A stretch of 64,000 nt of DNA, from IMG/VR virus record IMGVR_UViG_3300013005_003552, positions 64,001 through 128,000 of that record; one strand, 5' to 3'. Below the pieces are notes generated by a model, which saw only the letters and a program-made list of their open reading frames with translations, had not been told where the DNA came from and did not search any database. This DNA is from a virus. The translations under genes were made by a program, and so were the position numbers. Positions within the stretch are counted from its first letter, which is position 1. Each line of letters begins with the position of its first letter. Shown here piece by piece: positions 12,001 through 21,214 of this stretch.

Positions 12001-15000
12001 TGTTACCAGCTGGCCTTAGACAGGTGTTTAGATCTATTGTAACTGACGCAAATCTAAGCAGCAATGATTTGATATATCGTCCAAATGATCCATATTTTGG
12101 AGTACATCTTGATCTGACTATGCTGGTTCAGGCAGGGCTACGAGCAGAAACAGCAGCACATTATGTGGATGCAATGAGTGATCATCATATCAATAAAAAA
12201 ATAAACTTTGGCACTATTCGCAAGGCTGTGGCTAGAAACATAGATGGATCTATCAAATACGAAGTATTGTATGTAGATGTACTGGATTATAACTCAGCCA
12301 ATCGTCCAGGAGAAATAATCAGTGTGCGCAGAAACACAGGTATAGATTATGGAACCTTGATTTCTCCTGGTCTGGACATTGATGATTATCACAGTGTGGA
12401 CGATAGAATAACACGAACTGACGATTTTGGACTTATTACCAGCGACGATCTCACAGGCGAAAACACAGTATATACCAATAGCTTTGCCAACATGGCAAAA
12501 GACATTGAGCGTATTGGGTACGAATTTCAAGGAGCATTGCCAGACTGGATGTTGAGTGTCCAGCCAGAAACCAATCAGCCACTGGGCCTGACTAGAGGGT
12601 TGGTTCTGGCTTATGCTAATCCCGGCGAAGGTGATAAATTGCTGTATCGTTATCAAGCGGCTTTGGAGCAAAGCGGATTCAGTGTCGGCGATATCATGAA
12701 CTCGTTCAAATTTACTGCCGACAGATATCAATGGGATAGAACTCTGAGCGAAAACTACAACGCAGATTCAAACTCTTTTGTGCGTAGTCAGACCACAACT
12801 TTTAATAGGATTCCCAGTGTTGGTATAGTAGATAAAGGAGCATGGCTGATTGAAACCAGTGGCACAGGCAACCAACTTACCAGTATAGCATACAAAGTTG
12901 GCGCAGGCTATCTTGCCATTGGTGCCAACAGTGCCATACTTCAAAGTCGTAGTGGAGAAAAATGGGCTGCTGACAATGCAAGAATAAACTTTACATATAC
13001 TTTGGGAATATTGAACAGTCTCACTGCTGGCAGCACAAGCGTGATAAGATTTCCGTCTACCTCGGTAGTAAAGATCGGTGACGAAATTGCACAGTCAAGT
13101 ATTTTTGTATCCAACGCAAGAAGTTTTGTTACAGCAATTGAAAACAGTATTCGGGTGAGTAGTAATATAGCCAATACCATTGTGTCAGGCACTGCGTTAG
13201 AATTTGTGTCATGGCAAGATGGTACTAAATTTTACGCTAATGTTACTCGTACAGCCGCCGCCGGCCATAGCGAAGTGTATATTGACACAGCAACAAATAT
13301 TCAAACAGGGTATGCTGTGTATACCAAAGGCATTGACTTGGCCAATGCAGCAGTAATTACAGCCAATGTTGGCAACACTCTGTTTCTTAGCAATGTCACT
13401 ACCAATGTTATACCCACAGGCACTAGTATTACCTTTGACGACCTACGAGGAAATATAGAGGTATTGGTCACAGCAAATACTACACCGGCTTTTGTCAACA
13501 ACATAACTTTTACCAGTGTTGGCAATGTATCTGCTAACTACTATCCAAGATTAACTGCTATCAATGCTGGTGCTACAGTTCTAACCAAATACATTTATGC
13601 CAACATCAGTGTGCCACCAAGTGCAAATATTCAAGCTGGGTCAGACCTAACGCTGGTGCATCGAATCACAACCACGGCTATGGCAGGCAACTCTGTGATT
13701 AATGTTAGTGACACAACCTTGTTGCCAATTGGTAGTCAAATTTTCAATGTTACAGAAATTGCAAACAGCGATAATACTGCGGCCTGGGCCTCAGTAACAC
13801 CTTTTGGGACCAGCATGTACATCACAGTTCGCACAGCTGGCATTAATGGTAGCATCTTTAGAGGAATGAATGTGGTTGGCCCTGGGATTCCAATTACTGC
13901 TAGAATAGCAGAAATATCTGCCAATGCCACTTATAGTAATTTGACTGTGGTGTTTGCTAATTCAACAGTAGCAGCGCAAAGCAATGTTTCAATCAACTTC
14001 AGTACACCAGAATCAGTGTTGGAAAATACTTCTATCATTGCAAAAACAGATACTTCCATTACACTGAGCAACCCATTGACTGCAAACATAAATGTTGGAT
14101 ACGACAATGTAATAACATTTGGTCTTACTGGGGTGGTATTGAATAAAGTTATTAGTGTGGCAGATCGTTGGTTAGCAGTAGGCGATCGAGGATTAATTAT
14201 TCAAAAATCTGTTGCAGATCGTGCATGGAGTCAGCAGTTTGGTTTGTTGTACGGCGATTTGAAGTCAGTCGGAGTGCGTAGTTACACCAGCGGCGTAAAC
14301 ACATTGTATACCTATGTTGCAGTTGGAAATGAGGGTACTGTGATCCGCAGCACCAATGGCGAAATTTGGAGCTTGCCAATTATTACTCTGGCCAATAGAA
14401 CACTAACTGCTGTGTATCACAATGTTGATACATGGATTGCAGTGGGGGAGGGTGGGCAAATTATTACCAGTGTCGACGATGGGCTGACTTGGACCTTAGA
14501 TAATTCTACCACTAGCCTAAACTTGTATGATGTTTATTATGCAGGCCAGTGGGTGATAGTAGGGCAAAAGGGCAGTGTATGGTTGAAAAATCAGGAAGAT
14601 ACAGTTTGGCAACGTTACACAGCCGGTGTTACAGACACCTTGAGATCTGTGGCTTTTGTAAACAATCAATATGTTGCAGTAGGCGATAGAGGTTCTATTG
14701 TGTACAGCACCGATGGCACCAGCTGGCGCCAGTCCGATCGTTTTGTGAACAATCAATTGAATGCAGTAAGTAGAGACACGGTAATACCAGTGGCAGTTGG
14801 CACAGCAGGTGTTGTACTGCGCGAGTCTCCAAACTTTACAGTGACCTGGGCCATACGCAATGTGCGATTTGATCAAATTAATCTCAACACAGTTCAATCT
14901 GTGACACAGCGTGGATACAGCTTACAAACTGGAGACACCTTGATTTTTGCACAACAAGAAGGGTTTGGCGGTGTAAATGATGGTTGGAACTTGTTTAACG

Positions 15001-15419
15001 AAACATTTGGTTCAGAACCCAGTTCTGGTTCAGGATTTGATACAGGTGCATATGATGAACTCACAATTATTCCAGGATATCTAGACAGTATTAATACCAA
15101 CATCAGCAACCAACGAGCAGGTATTTGGCAAGTGGAAATTGCCAACGATTTGGTTGTCCTGACTTTTATACGACAAATTCTGCTTAACCAAGTGGTTACA
15201 GTAATTAGAGAAACAACCAAGCTGTTTTATGACCCGTTGATCAAGACGGGTAAAACAGTACCAGAGTATAGTTTGATCAGTACTAACCTGCCAGATAGCA
15301 CTCAAAACACCAGTTTTGACACCGAAGGCACCCGTTTTGTTAGCAACAGAGACAACTATACCGAACCAGGAGCTCTGGATAAATATATCAAGTTCCCTAA
15401 AACCGGAGTATTTAGATAA
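9093..15419 (+). CDS. 2108-aa baseplate/tail protein with YHYH-like domain, putative Ig repeats and BNR-like beta-propeller
   Basis: HSKILGWAIDGYPIYGPYGY...LDQSNGRFCVTPEFPNGTYAYF (YHYH family). LPPGL...G.I.G Ig-like repeats. Repeated VAVGxxGxIxxSxDGxxW blades. Confidence 0.75.
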   Translation: MAKLRWITPEGNLGTYAENTEVSLQLDVENPVAPAPSAGFDPRDSITGNGIENAVQTSILTDKTTWRIQTNNLTGLVTVGAFPNDKNLNRIAAQSIDLLTPYRGGLNRVALVQTPVSTGVIGISAVGIVLFAPASETTITSFDSNWTVNAVAAGVLGEDASGGQPAANGTYNYRTSQFINADAWQNLLAWKSGYRHTDGHSKILGWAIDGYPIYGPYGYDNPSTIGGVVRMRSGYTLVEKSGRPLPASVSVLPGRYPGTQIPVSTTQGLYPGMELRGPWPAKTYKIVRVLSNAIQVNAEINYEFRTDTRVQGIWPLGIFVQDYEYTAPSGTTLDQSNGRFCVTPEFPNGTYAYFMSQDLDDQPTFPYIVGARFYGSLSSDEVSGVANIEPQASNLTYSLLSGQLPPGLQVVPSGRIYGFPQVVTSGDPVAREFRFTIRVKNTVNQIADRTFSIFVNQIVLPTILPTGVRGEGVGQTRGNINLSFTNRGSGYFAANVAVSISAPDLLDSESALPGKIFLFANGAIKSIGLTKAGTGYTSIPTITFSGANTTTASATIDNLTSFGIEDLGYFFDSDPVVLQINALETSPTGKLEWSVSQGRLPPGLALSQSGLISGFALAPSAAGEAGTSAYDVGGYDQYVWDFEGAADSRRYQFTIRIYDGINYSYQRYSIGIYARSFFLVDNELITADSTLYSVDRDGYLYPSIITTSVELPPVRQLQSYAYRFQAYYANPNGQVKWSVNASGPARFDQGAAPSPDDQDNVYTIVPFDNKSFDQSDLSLPGGIFLDLNTGWLLGTLGTSTSYESTYEFIVTAYVDVPISESVTSRRSSQPVKFTLKVLSAAQDLVTWNTPTNLDSIDNGAISTLQIEATSRSNTSLTYRVKSGQYLRIPQGLRLLPNGLISGRTSFDFFSIDRNTSQIQFDTGTNTYDSKFTFTVIAEDVTGQIYSEKEFSLVVKNINQRPFENLYLKALLPAGLRQVFRSIVTDANLSSNDLIYRPNDPYFGVHLDLTMLVQAGLRAETAAHYVDAMSDHHINKKINFGTIRKAVARNIDGSIKYEVLYVDVLDYNSANRPGEIISVRRNTGIDYGTLISPGLDIDDYHSVDDRITRTDDFGLITSDDLTGENTVYTNSFANMAKDIERIGYEFQGALPDWMLSVQPETNQPLGLTRGLVLAYANPGEGDKLLYRYQAALEQSGFSVGDIMNSFKFTADRYQWDRTLSENYNADSNSFVRSQTTTFNRIPSVGIVDKGAWLIETSGTGNQLTSIAYKVGAGYLAIGANSAILQSRSGEKWAADNARINFTYTLGILNSLTAGSTSVIRFPSTSVVKIGDEIAQSSIFVSNARSFVTAIENSIRVSSNIANTIVSGTALEFVSWQDGTKFYANVTRTAAAGHSEVYIDTATNIQTGYAVYTKGIDLANAAVITANVGNTLFLSNVTTNVIPTGTSITFDDLRGNIEVLVTANTTPAFVNNITFTSVGNVSANYYPRLTAINAGATVLTKYIYANISVPPSANIQAGSDLTLVHRITTTAMAGNSVINVSDTTLLPIGSQIFNVTEIANSDNTAAWASVTPFGTSMYITVRTAGINGSIFRGMNVVGPGIPITARIAEISANATYSNLTVVFANSTVAAQSNVSINFSTPESVLENTSIIAKTDTSITLSNPLTANINVGYDNVITFGLTGVVLNKVISVADRWLAVGDRGLIIQKSVADRAWSQQFGLLYGDLKSVGVRSYTSGVNTLYTYVAVGNEGTVIRSTNGEIWSLPIITLANRTLTAVYHNVDTWIAVGEGGQIITSVDDGLTWTLDNSTTSLNLYDVYYAGQWVIVGQKGSVWLKNQEDTVWQRYTAGVTDTLRSVAFVNNQYVAVGDRGSIVYSTDGTSWRQSDRFVNNQLNAVSRDTVIPVAVGTAGVVLRESPNFTVTWAIRNVRFDQINLNTVQSVTQRGYSLQTGDTLIFAQQEGFGGVNDGWNLFNETFGSEPSSGSGFDTGAYDELTIIPGYLDSINTNISNQRAGIWQVEIANDLVVLTFIRQILLNQVVTVIRETTKLFYDPLIKTGKTVPEYSLISTNLPDSTQNTSFDTEGTRFVSNRDNYTEPGALDKYIKFPKTGVFR

Positions 15420-18400
15420 TGGCCAGCTTAGTAAATCCGTTTAATATCAATGGTAATTACCCAATCGCAGGGCAAGACAATGACAGTCAAGGCTTCCGCG
15501 ATAACTTTACCAACATCAAAAACAACTTCATTTTTATCAAACAAGAAGTTGAAGACCTGCAATCCAAAGTTATTCTTAAGAGTGCGCTCAGCGGAAGCTC
15601 GTTGGATAACAACTTTTTGGGCAGTCAGGTAAAAAATATTCAAACCAAGAATCAAAGTGAAACAGTGTATGACTGGGGCGAAGTAGGCGCAGCCACCGCT
15701 ACAGAAATTCAGCTGGATCTGGCTCTTGGCAATATTCACAAACTTAATGCAACTGGTTCAATCAAGATCAACTCTGTGATCAAGAACTGGCCAGCGGCGC
15801 TTCAGTTTGCACGATTGTTATTTTATGTTAACATCAGCAGTGTAGAAAACACATTGGAATTACCAAGTACACTGACCACCGATTTGTCTGGAATTCCTGG
15901 TTTGCGCACAGTGAGTTCCAGTAGGCTGATTACCTTTACTGATCCTGGTGATTACATTTTTGAATTCTCCAGTGTTGACAGTGGTACAACTACTTTTGTT
16001 CGCGAACTCACTCGCGGCAACCCAGTGTTCCGTGATCCCAACTTCTACATGGCCGGCATTGGCGGTTATCCAACTCCTACGCTGAGACTGGGATGGGGCA
16101 ATTTGTTTGCCGTAAGTGCCAAGATTGACAGTAACACCAAGGCAGGCACAGACACTTTCAGTGTGCGCGGCGGAGTAACTTCATTCCAGAATTTTGCAGA
16201 TGGCGGAAATAATCCTGCCACAATGACACAGGCCGGTTTTAGCGTTGCTAAAAGTCGTACTGCTGACCCAGGTGCAGCAGGTGCTGCCAATCCAACTGAA
16301 ACTGTGGTCAACACTGGTGACTACATTGGTTATTTTAACGGCCTAGCTTTCACAAAGAACAAAGACGATAGCAACAACAGTTATCAACAGGTAGCAGCCA
16401 TTGGCATGTATGCCACTGGTAGTAATACTTCATACGGCCTAGGCGGCAACATTGTGATCAGCACCAAGCGCGATGGTGGTGTAATGACTCCTGCAGTTAC
16501 CATTGACAACGATCAAAATGTTATTATCACTGGCTGCTTGACTGTTAATGGTACCACAACAACTATCAATTCTACTGTGATGACAGTGGATGACAAAAAC
16601 ATAATTGTGGCCAGCGGTGCAGCATCAGCAACCTTGGCCAATGGCGCTGGTCTCAGCGTGGATACAGCGTTTGCAAACATTGAATATGTAAACAGTGGGT
16701 TAACTTTGGCCAGCGACGATCGTTGGAGTTTCAACAAAGCAGTGACCATTGGCATGCCTTCTACACTTTCAAACAGCACAGCAACTGGTGCTTTAGTGGT
16801 ACAAGGCGGTGTAGGTGTTGGTGGTGACTTGAATGTGGGTGGTACATTTGGCCTGGCCAGCACCACAGATGCTACTAGCTCAACCACAGGTGCGTTTTCT
16901 GTGGCTGGCGGTATCAGTGCTCAAAAGAATATAATTGCCGGGACAAACTTATACTCAAACGCGACTACCACTGCAAGTAACTTGAATGCTGGAGCTTTCC
17001 AGGTACAAGGTGGTGCAGCCATCAAAGGTAATTTGTATGTTGGCGGGCAAACTGTTGACGGAGCTCTCAAAGGCGGTATGTTTGTGTTGGCAGGCAGTAG
17101 AGCCACAGATGTTTCTACAGGTGCATTGGTAGTCAAAGGCGGGGTTGGTATTGCAGGTAATTTGTATGTTGGTGACGCAGGCGGTGCAAATGGCCTGGTA
17201 ATTACCAGTACACTGCGTACCAATGGTACTGCAATGATTAACAGCAATGCAGATGCAAGGAGTGCTACAGCAGCATTGCGAGTGATTGGCGGCACACTGT
17301 TTGAAAGCAATGTGGTCATTGGAATTGGTTCTGGCTCACAAGGTCGTGTGTTCATTGACAATTCTGAAAATGTCACAGCTGGAGATATTTCCACAGGCGG
17401 CCTAGTACTAGGCAACGGCTCGGCTCGTGTGGGCATGAGCGTAAGCGGTGATATCAATATTGGTACCAGTGACTCCGGTTCTATATTCATTCTCAATAGA
17501 GAAGCCGCCCGGGGCACTCCTACCACATCACCAATCAAGCCAAACGAAACTGTACTAACTGGCGGCAATCCAACTTTGGGTGCTATGACTGCGCTGGGTG
17601 GCGTAAATGTGTTTGGTAACCTACACATAGGACAACCACACGACGGCACATCGTATGATAACAATACCAATACATGGTCTGGCGTTTACAACGGTGCAAC
17701 TACAAAACCAGTTGGTGCGTGGAGTGGCAACCTGGTACTCAACAGCGGCGCCTGGGCCACAAACTTCAACAGTGGCGCACTACAAATCAAACAAGTTATC
17801 CTTGCTGACGGCAGCACCAGTGATGGCGGGCTAGGTGTTGCAGGTAATGTGTATGCCAATGGCGCCAGCTATCTGGGTGGTTTAGGGTTCAGCAGTTCTT
17901 ATGCTAACCTGGTTGCAGCAAGTTCAACCGAAAGTACCAAAGGCGGAACAGATCCAAACGGTAGTCTGACAGTGCTAGGTGGCGCTGGTATTCAAAGCAA
18001 ACTCAATGTTGGCGGTGTTATTGCAGCCAATGCTGGAATCAACAGTACATCCAAGACTATCGGTTCTATTGTTATAACCGGCTCAGGCGGTCTTGGTGTG
18101 GGCGGCGGCATTACTGCTGCAAACATCAGTCTAGATGCAGCAACCAACACTCAAGAAAGTTTGCTTGTTCCGACCGGCACGCTGCTAACCACACCAAAAG
18201 TTGGCGCAGTTGAATTTGCTAGTGGAGTTTGGTATGCTACCCCAACCACCAGCAGCCGTGCTGTTATTCAAACACCACACATGTACGTTATCAGTGGCAA
18301 TGCTGCATTTAACAATGGTAGCCTTATTCCTACTGCTGGAACAAATACTGCTTATGGTATATTTGGCGGTACTTCTGGCACAGCAGGGCAATTGACCGTG

Positions 18401-18856
18401 GCAGCATCAACCACATATGAATTTGAGATTCAACTCAACATTACTCATGCTCTTACTCCTTCCAGTGGTACACTGTTGTTTAATTTTGGAGGTACAGCAA
18501 CATATACCATGTATCATTATCAAGTGTCGGTAGTTCCACAGGTGTACACCGATGGAGTAGCCACAGCAGCAGCTCCTACAAGTCCAGTAGATACAGTATG
18601 GTCTGGCACAACAACATTGCCCAGTATATCAACTGGTCAAGCCATAATACTAACTGCAAATACACTTGCAAATAAATCTATTAGAGCTAAAGGTATCTTG
18701 GTTATAAATGTTGGCGGAACTGTAATTCCTCAGATTGGATTTGGTGCTCCTAATGCACCTGGTGTGATCACTAGGGCTCTACAAGGATCATACTGGAAGA
18801 TGTCACCTGTTGGTGGTGCATCCGACATCTCAACTGGTAATTTTGCTGCATCATAA
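15419..18856 (+). CDS. Tail fibre protein (1145 aa)
   Basis: N-terminal YPIAGQDNDSQGFRDNF followed by a coiled coil, then many STxTGALxVxGGxGIxGxLxV shaft repeats. Confidence 0.75.
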   Translation: MASLVNPFNINGNYPIAGQDNDSQGFRDNFTNIKNNFIFIKQEVEDLQSKVILKSALSGSSLDNNFLGSQVKNIQTKNQSETVYDWGEVGAATATEIQLDLALGNIHKLNATGSIKINSVIKNWPAALQFARLLFYVNISSVENTLELPSTLTTDLSGIPGLRTVSSSRLITFTDPGDYIFEFSSVDSGTTTFVRELTRGNPVFRDPNFYMAGIGGYPTPTLRLGWGNLFAVSAKIDSNTKAGTDTFSVRGGVTSFQNFADGGNNPATMTQAGFSVAKSRTADPGAAGAANPTETVVNTGDYIGYFNGLAFTKNKDDSNNSYQQVAAIGMYATGSNTSYGLGGNIVISTKRDGGVMTPAVTIDNDQNVIITGCLTVNGTTTTINSTVMTVDDKNIIVASGAASATLANGAGLSVDTAFANIEYVNSGLTLASDDRWSFNKAVTIGMPSTLSNSTATGALVVQGGVGVGGDLNVGGTFGLASTTDATSSTTGAFSVAGGISAQKNIIAGTNLYSNATTTASNLNAGAFQVQGGAAIKGNLYVGGQTVDGALKGGMFVLAGSRATDVSTGALVVKGGVGIAGNLYVGDAGGANGLVITSTLRTNGTAMINSNADARSATAALRVIGGTLFESNVVIGIGSGSQGRVFIDNSENVTAGDISTGGLVLGNGSARVGMSVSGDINIGTSDSGSIFILNREAARGTPTTSPIKPNETVLTGGNPTLGAMTALGGVNVFGNLHIGQPHDGTSYDNNTNTWSGVYNGATTKPVGAWSGNLVLNSGAWATNFNSGALQIKQVILADGSTSDGGLGVAGNVYANGASYLGGLGFSSSYANLVAASSTESTKGGTDPNGSLTVLGGAGIQSKLNVGGVIAANAGINSTSKTIGSIVITGSGGLGVGGGITAANISLDAATNTQESLLVPTGTLLTTPKVGAVEFASGVWYATPTTSSRAVIQTPHMYVISGNAAFNNGSLIPTAGTNTAYGIFGGTSGTAGQLTVAASTTYEFEIQLNITHALTPSSGTLLFNFGGTATYTMYHYQVSVVPQVYTDGVATAAAPTSPVDTVWSGTTTLPSISTGQAIILTANTLANKSIRAKGILVINVGGTVIPQIGFGAPNAPGVITRALQGSYWKMSPVGGASDISTGNFAAS

Positions 18857-18859
18857 TCA

Positions 18860-18888
18860 TTGACTCTTGGTCCAGTTAGTGTTAAACT
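18860..18888 (+). promoter_or_regulatory. sigma70-type promoter for the mazG operon
   Basis: TTGACT (18860-65), 17 nt spacer, TAAACT (18883-88) with TG extended -10. Confidence 0.7.
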
Positions 18889-18907
18889 AACTGGACTGGA
18901 GATCAAC

Positions 18908-19342
18908 ATGAACATTGACCTAAACAAATATTCCGAATTCGTTGGTGCAGTAACCAGCGAAGCTTCTCGTGACTTAACCACATTCATGAACCGTCTAGAC
19001 TACTTGGACGGAAATTTTGATTACGAAAAAGACGCTCACGGGCCAGACATCAATGTCCCGCTGCTGCTGACAGGTGCTCTGGGACTTGCCGCAGAAACCG
19101 GTGAATTTTGTGAAATTCCAAAAAAGATCTTTTTTCAAGGCAAACCACTTACCGAAGAAAATGTGTTTCACATGAAACGCGAACTAGGCGATATCATGTG
19201 GTACTGGATTAATGCATGTAGAGCTTTGAATCTAGATCCAAACGAAGTCATTGCTGAGAATGTAAATAAATTGAAAGCTCGTTACCCAGGTGGCGAATTT
19301 GATGTACATCACAGCGAACACAGACAACAAGGCGATATATAA
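18908..19342 (+). CDS. mazG: MazG-like nucleoside triphosphate pyrophosphohydrolase
   Basis: GLAAETGEFCEIPKK...KRELGDIMWY...ENVNKLKARYP. ATG 18908 follows GGAG. Confidence 0.85.
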   Translation: MNIDLNKYSEFVGAVTSEASRDLTTFMNRLDYLDGNFDYEKDAHGPDINVPLLLTGALGLAAETGEFCEIPKKIFFQGKPLTEENVFHMKRELGDIMWYWINACRALNLDPNEVIAENVNKLKARYPGGEFDVHHSEHRQQGDI

Positions 19343-19587
19343 TGGGATTTCATCCATTAGTTGACAGTGTGACTCATCTAAAAGACGAAGAACTGTACAA
19401 CAAAATAACCGAACTTACAAATAAGATGAATTCTGCTTATAGACTAGGATCCGGGGATGCTTTGCGGCAAATGCAAATGATCATGCAACACTATCAAGAC
19501 GAGCTAGCAAATAGAAATCGCAAGCGTCTTGAGGACATGGAAAAGAACAGTAAAAACTTTAGCAAAATCATAGATATCAAAAAATGA
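19342..19587 (+). CDS. Hypothetical coiled-coil protein
   Basis: Translationally coupled to both neighbours (TAATG, ATGA). Confidence 0.65.
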   Translation: MGFHPLVDSVTHLKDEELYNKITELTNKMNSAYRLGSGDALRQMQMIMQHYQDELANRNRKRLEDMEKNSKNFSKIIDIKK

Positions 19588-20096
19588 AATACGATCAATA
19601 CGGAGTAGCGTATGCCAGCTGTGACGAGCTTTGCGACCTATTGTATCAAAAACCTGCACTTGACCTAGGCAAGGTTCATGTTATAGATCCCACTATCTAC
19701 AACTATGCGGTAGCTGCTTTGTATGCAGAATTTCCATCTCTTCAGATTTATAATCCTGATGTTGTGGATATAGAATCTTTTGATCATACTAACCAACAGC
19801 AATGGCTCATGCCTGAATCTTATCAATCGTTGGATATTGCAGAGCATGTGTTGTCATTATGCACAAATGATGCAGAACTACAACGAGTTGGCACTGAGCT
19901 GCTGCTGTTTCAAGAACGCAACTTATTCAACTTGCTCAAATATCTAAAATATCTTGTGGACACCATGCGAGCACACAACATTGTGTGGGGTGTTGGGCGA
20001 GGTAGTAGTGTGGCTAGTTATGTACTGTTTCTGCTGGGTGTGCATAAGATTAACAGTTTATATTATGATTTAGATCCCAATGAATTCCTCAAATAA
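19584..20096 (+). CDS. Stand-alone fragment of the DNA polymerase III alpha (DnaE) palm/NTPase domain
   Basis: LQRVGTEL...YLVDTMRAHNIVWGVGRGSSVASYVLFLLGVHKINSLYYDLDPNEFLK aligns with DnaE GPGRGSxAGSLVxYxLGITxxDPxxYxLxFERFL. Only 170 aa. Confidence 0.8.
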   Translation: MKYDQYGVAYASCDELCDLLYQKPALDLGKVHVIDPTIYNYAVAALYAEFPSLQIYNPDVVDIESFDHTNQQQWLMPESYQSLDIAEHVLSLCTNDAELQRVGTELLLFQERNLFNLLKYLKYLVDTMRAHNIVWGVGRGSSVASYVLFLLGVHKINSLYYDLDPNEFLK

Positions 20097-20099
20097 ATA
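20093..20099 (+). promoter_or_regulatory. T4-like late promoter (ATAAATA)
   Basis: Overlaps the stop of the DnaE fragment and is followed by RBS AGGAG. Confidence 0.55.
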
Positions 20100-20118
20100 T
20101 CTACCTTAGGAGAATAAA

Positions 20119-20547
20119 ATGGCAAAACAAATTTATAGAACAGCACAAGGCAAACCCATTGATTTGGATGCGCTTAGAGTGCGCAACGAACAGTCAGTGG
20201 CTGTGGGCAATATGAAAACCAATGCCCGCGGCGACGAACTTGGTCCGGGCGGTATTGTGGTACGCACACGCGAACAAGTGATGAAAGAATACTACAATAC
20301 CAATGCTGTGTACACCAAAGAACGAGTAGAGCAGCAACGAGAAGATGCTCAAAATGCCAGAGCAAATGTGCCACCTGTGAATACTGGCATTCCAGACGAA
20401 ATACTAGAGCAAGATCAAACCATGGATGAAATTGAGCAACCAAAAATGCGCGGTGCACTTGCAGACGCAGTGGCCAAGAGTACCAAGGTTGAACAAAAAC
20501 TTCTTCAACCAAAAAAGAACAATGGCAACGGACCGTCGAGGATCTAA
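20119..20547 (+). CDS. Hypothetical phage protein
   Basis: Strong RBS AGGAGA. N-terminal YRTAQGKPID...AVGNMKTNARGDELGPGG. Confidence 0.7.
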   Translation: MAKQIYRTAQGKPIDLDALRVRNEQSVAVGNMKTNARGDELGPGGIVVRTREQVMKEYYNTNAVYTKERVEQQREDAQNARANVPPVNTGIPDEILEQDQTMDEIEQPKMRGALADAVAKSTKVEQKLLQPKKNNGNGPSRI

Positions 20548-20967
20548 ATGAGCGAATTACCAATTGGACAAGGATTATTTCCCACACAAGGAAGTTATCG
20601 ACATACTCATCACATAGAAAAACTTCGCCCATTGGGCAACAATGTCTTGATCAAGGACATGAATTTTAGTGGTAGAACTCTTTCCAGTGGTATAGTGTTG
20701 TTAGGAGACGATGCCACTACCACCGGTATTCGTCCGCGCTGGGCGCAGGTATATGAAGTTGGTCCAGAACAACAAGATGTTGTTCCAGGACAATGGATCT
20801 TGGTAGAACACGGTCGCTGGAGTCGAGGCATTGAGGTTGAAATTGATAATGAGCAATTCACCTTAAGGCGAGTTGACCCAAACTGTATCATTTTTGTAAG
20901 TGACCACGCACCAGACGCCGATGATACCATTAGCTCTGCCGTCCAGGCACATAGCAAAACAAGATAA
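20548..20967 (+). CDS. groES: Co-chaperonin GroES-like protein
   Basis: LRPLGNNVLI...RTLSSGIVL...VYEVGP...DVVPGQWIL matches the Cpn10 pattern. Confidence 0.75.
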   Translation: MSELPIGQGLFPTQGSYRHTHHIEKLRPLGNNVLIKDMNFSGRTLSSGIVLLGDDATTTGIRPRWAQVYEVGPEQQDVVPGQWILVEHGRWSRGIEVEIDNEQFTLRRVDPNCIIFVSDHAPDADDTISSAVQAHSKTR

Positions 20968-20971
20968 CCAA

Positions 20972-21214
20972 ATGGGATTCCGAAAGCCCAGCCTTGAGGA
21001 TGCTTACGCAGCTATCCGTACAAGTCTGTTAGAAATAAATTCTCCGTACAACGATGGTTTCACCGGAATAGCTTGCAAGCAAGAGCTATATCAGTTAAAA
21101 TGCTGGTTAGAGGACAACTATGATAGTTTACCAATCTTTGATGGAGAAGACAAATGGGAACAGGAACGGATGATTCAAATCTTAAAGAGGAAGCCAAAAA
21201 ACGCAGCCACATGA
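20972..21214 (+). CDS. Hypothetical protein
   Basis: ATG 20972 just after the groES stop. Coupled to the next gene by ATGA. Confidence 0.6.
   Translation: MGFRKPSLEDAYAAIRTSLLEINSPYNDGFTGIACKQELYQLKCWLEDNYDSLPIFDGEDKWEQERMIQILKRKPKNAAT

Noticed and set aside
219-17670. Many long - strand ORFs (for example 219-1055 and 16921-17670) opposite the fibre genes
   Set aside because: They are antisense shadows of G/T/N/V-rich coding sequence, with V/P/L/T-rich translations, no RBS and full overlap with convincing + strand genes.
19584-20547. Frameshifted, intron-split or pseudogenised dnaE continuing downstream
   Set aside because: No PDxDxD continuation is evident after the stop. The next ORF has its own promoter motif and RBS.
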